Below are positions 61,951 through 64,000 of a stretch of DNA of 64,000 nucleotides, one piece after another. The notes below the pieces were generated by a model. It was given only the letters and a program-made list of their open reading frames with translations, had not been told where the DNA came from and ran no database searches. The position numbers and the translations under genes are program-made. How positions within the stretch are numbered: position 1 is the first letter of the stretch; every line of letters starts with the position of its first letter. Source of the DNA: Nageia nagi (Eukaryota > Plantae > Pinophyta); the NCBI GenBank assembly GCA_050084985.1, contig JBITNC010000001.1, positions 17,732,001 to 17,796,000 on the forward strand. The letters are read 5' to 3'.

Positions 61951-63479
61951 AATTTAGTTTGTATGTATCTATTTTATCAATCAATTTTAAATAAAAATTA
62001 CAAACCCAACAAAAATGATAAAAAACTAGCAAAACCAAATGAACATACTTCACACATATTAATACAAAAGAATAATAAAAAATATCAAATTTTAGCACTT
62101 CAATAGAATTTTGTATTGGTCTCAAAATAGCAAATGCAATATTGATACATAACTAAAACAACATCATATCCAAAAATGAAGAAGCAAATTTACAATATAT
62201 TATATTTTAGGTATGGCCCTTTAAATGCTAATATCATTTGGGTTTCTATGGTATTTTTTATAACTCCCACATATCTCAAGATTTTCTTGAAACTCAAGAG
62301 ATATTGATACTTTATTTTAGAATAAGAAATAAACATATTAATTTTACCTTAAAATGATCAAATCTTCATCAACAAGTGAAGTCTATGTCAATTGTATAAG
62401 TAAATTAGTGTTAAATAATAAAAATATAGAATGCTAATAATACTAAAATATAATTCTAATGATATGGTGTTAATAATTAAAATTCTCACTAAGTGTAAAA
62501 GAAACGACTTATAAAAGATTATACAGAAGAATTTCCTTTTAAAATGTTTGATGGAATGGAATGACCAAGGTTCTTCCTTTTATAATCTTTTAAATATTTT
62601 CACTTACCCAAAACCATATTTAAAATATATCCAAGCAATCCTAAAGTAATTCGAATTATTGAAGGGAGGTAAATGCAAGCATACTAGGCAAGCCATGTAG
62701 GAAAGACAAGCAAGCTAAGCTTATGAACATATAAAATAGAAAATATATCATGAAGTATATTTATATTCTTGAGATCAAGAAAAAATAAAAGATGGTATGT
62801 GTTTAATCCAAAATATTGAGTGGATACAAGCTCGTAGTTACTTCATCACAAGTGAATCACCATGGATATAGTTATAAATATGTAGAATCTTGTAAATGAT
62901 AGTAGATCCTCTCAAGTAAGTGAAGAACATGTAAGGGTTTGTATACACCCACTATTGAACATATGGATTATTTTTTTTATAAAATGATCAAATTATTTTA
63001 TATTAATAAAGGATAAAATATGAAATTAAATGTTAAATTGAAATTTACCAAAATAAAAAGTACATGTTTCTTTATCAATGTAATATAATAAGGTGCATAT
63101 GATGAGTGTAAATTATAAGTGCAACATCTTATTATATTGATACATAAAATGACATCAAATATATAAATCCATAATCAAGCATAAATAAGAGATTTTTAAT
63201 CAAATTATGTCTCTTATATTTGATATTATTATAAAATTATATGCCAAAAAATCTAGTATAAGATCATGCTCCCATATGAAGCATGTTTAATAAGAAAATG
63301 ATAAGTTGATAACATGATAACACCTCCATTTTAAAGAATGGTGTGGATGCTAATACAATAAAAACTTAATAAATGGGTAAAAATACCATGAAAATAATAT
63401 TATATTATATTATACTTATGAAGAGAGCCATGTAATAAAAATTTCTTAGTCAAAAGATCTTAGAAAGTAACCATATATA

Positions 63480-63513
<34 letters not shown>

Positions 63514-63699
63514 AATATGTTTATCGCCCTTTGGGTATAAACTACAACAAAGTAGATTAAATACCTCAAATTAAATGTACTTAAATATAAAATTATTTGA
63601 GAAATAAAAACCACCATGCCTTCACAATTGATTTGCATTTTGGTAATTCAAGAGCCTCATTAGCTATCTTAGGTTTTGGACTATTTATAATCATGCTCA

Positions 63700-64000
63700 T
63701 TAATTCCAAATTTACTTCCTCTATGTCATGCTATGTGTCCTTGGTCTTGAAATAGAAGCATCTGGTGGAACACTCAATGTGAATCTTTCACTATTTTTTA
63801 CACCATGTTGGTCATTATGAGTGATCAAGTGGAAAACTCATAATTGAAATTACTCCTCACCCATTATATTCTCATTAGGAATGATGTTAGGATATCTACC
63901 AAATGATGATATTGGTGGACTAGTTGGAGAGTCATCAATCTCATCAAAAATGATATCTCCACTCGCATATATTTCTTAAGTAGTAGGATTCATAAACTCA
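63700..64000 (-). mobile_element. Copia integrase C-terminal remnant
   Basis: FMNPTT*EIYASGDIIFDE resembles the Copia motif YDPxxxKxxxSRDVxFDE. Confidence 0.5.

Overview
Eukaryotic plant nuclear DNA, AT-rich, CpG/CHG-depleted and dominated by transposons. The long introns and TE families suggest a large-genome gymnosperm (inference). One host gene is present on the minus strand: the first 7 coding exons (528 nt, 176 aa) of a cNMP-binding-domain acyl-CoA thioesterase II (Arabidopsis ACH2-like), spread over more than 40 kb with introns of 12 kb, 22 kb and >19.5 kb. Its 3' exons lie left of the window. The introns contain four RTE/RTEX-like LINE copies with a shared 3' stem-loop, a hAT transposon and a full-length decayed Copia with TSD. 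They also hold chromovirus Gypsy pieces, three 3.6-4.1 kb solo LTRs with 5-bp TSDs, a tRNA-Asn-primed LTR element and two MITEs. A dimeric SINE lies upstream of the gene. Four observations stand out. (i) A family of giant LTRs has hairpins at both termini and internal nucleosome-length (~181-187 bp) tandem arrays, palindromic in the solo LTRs. (ii) One family member runs from the array directly into a ~1100-codon accessory (PMD/Transposase_32-like) ORF, a candidate repeat-array plus cognate-protein anti-silencing module. (iii) A related accessory domain sits on a different, poly(TA)-tailed retro-insert. (iv) The RTEX-like LINEs have all lost the first Asp of the FADD catalytic motif at a CHG site.
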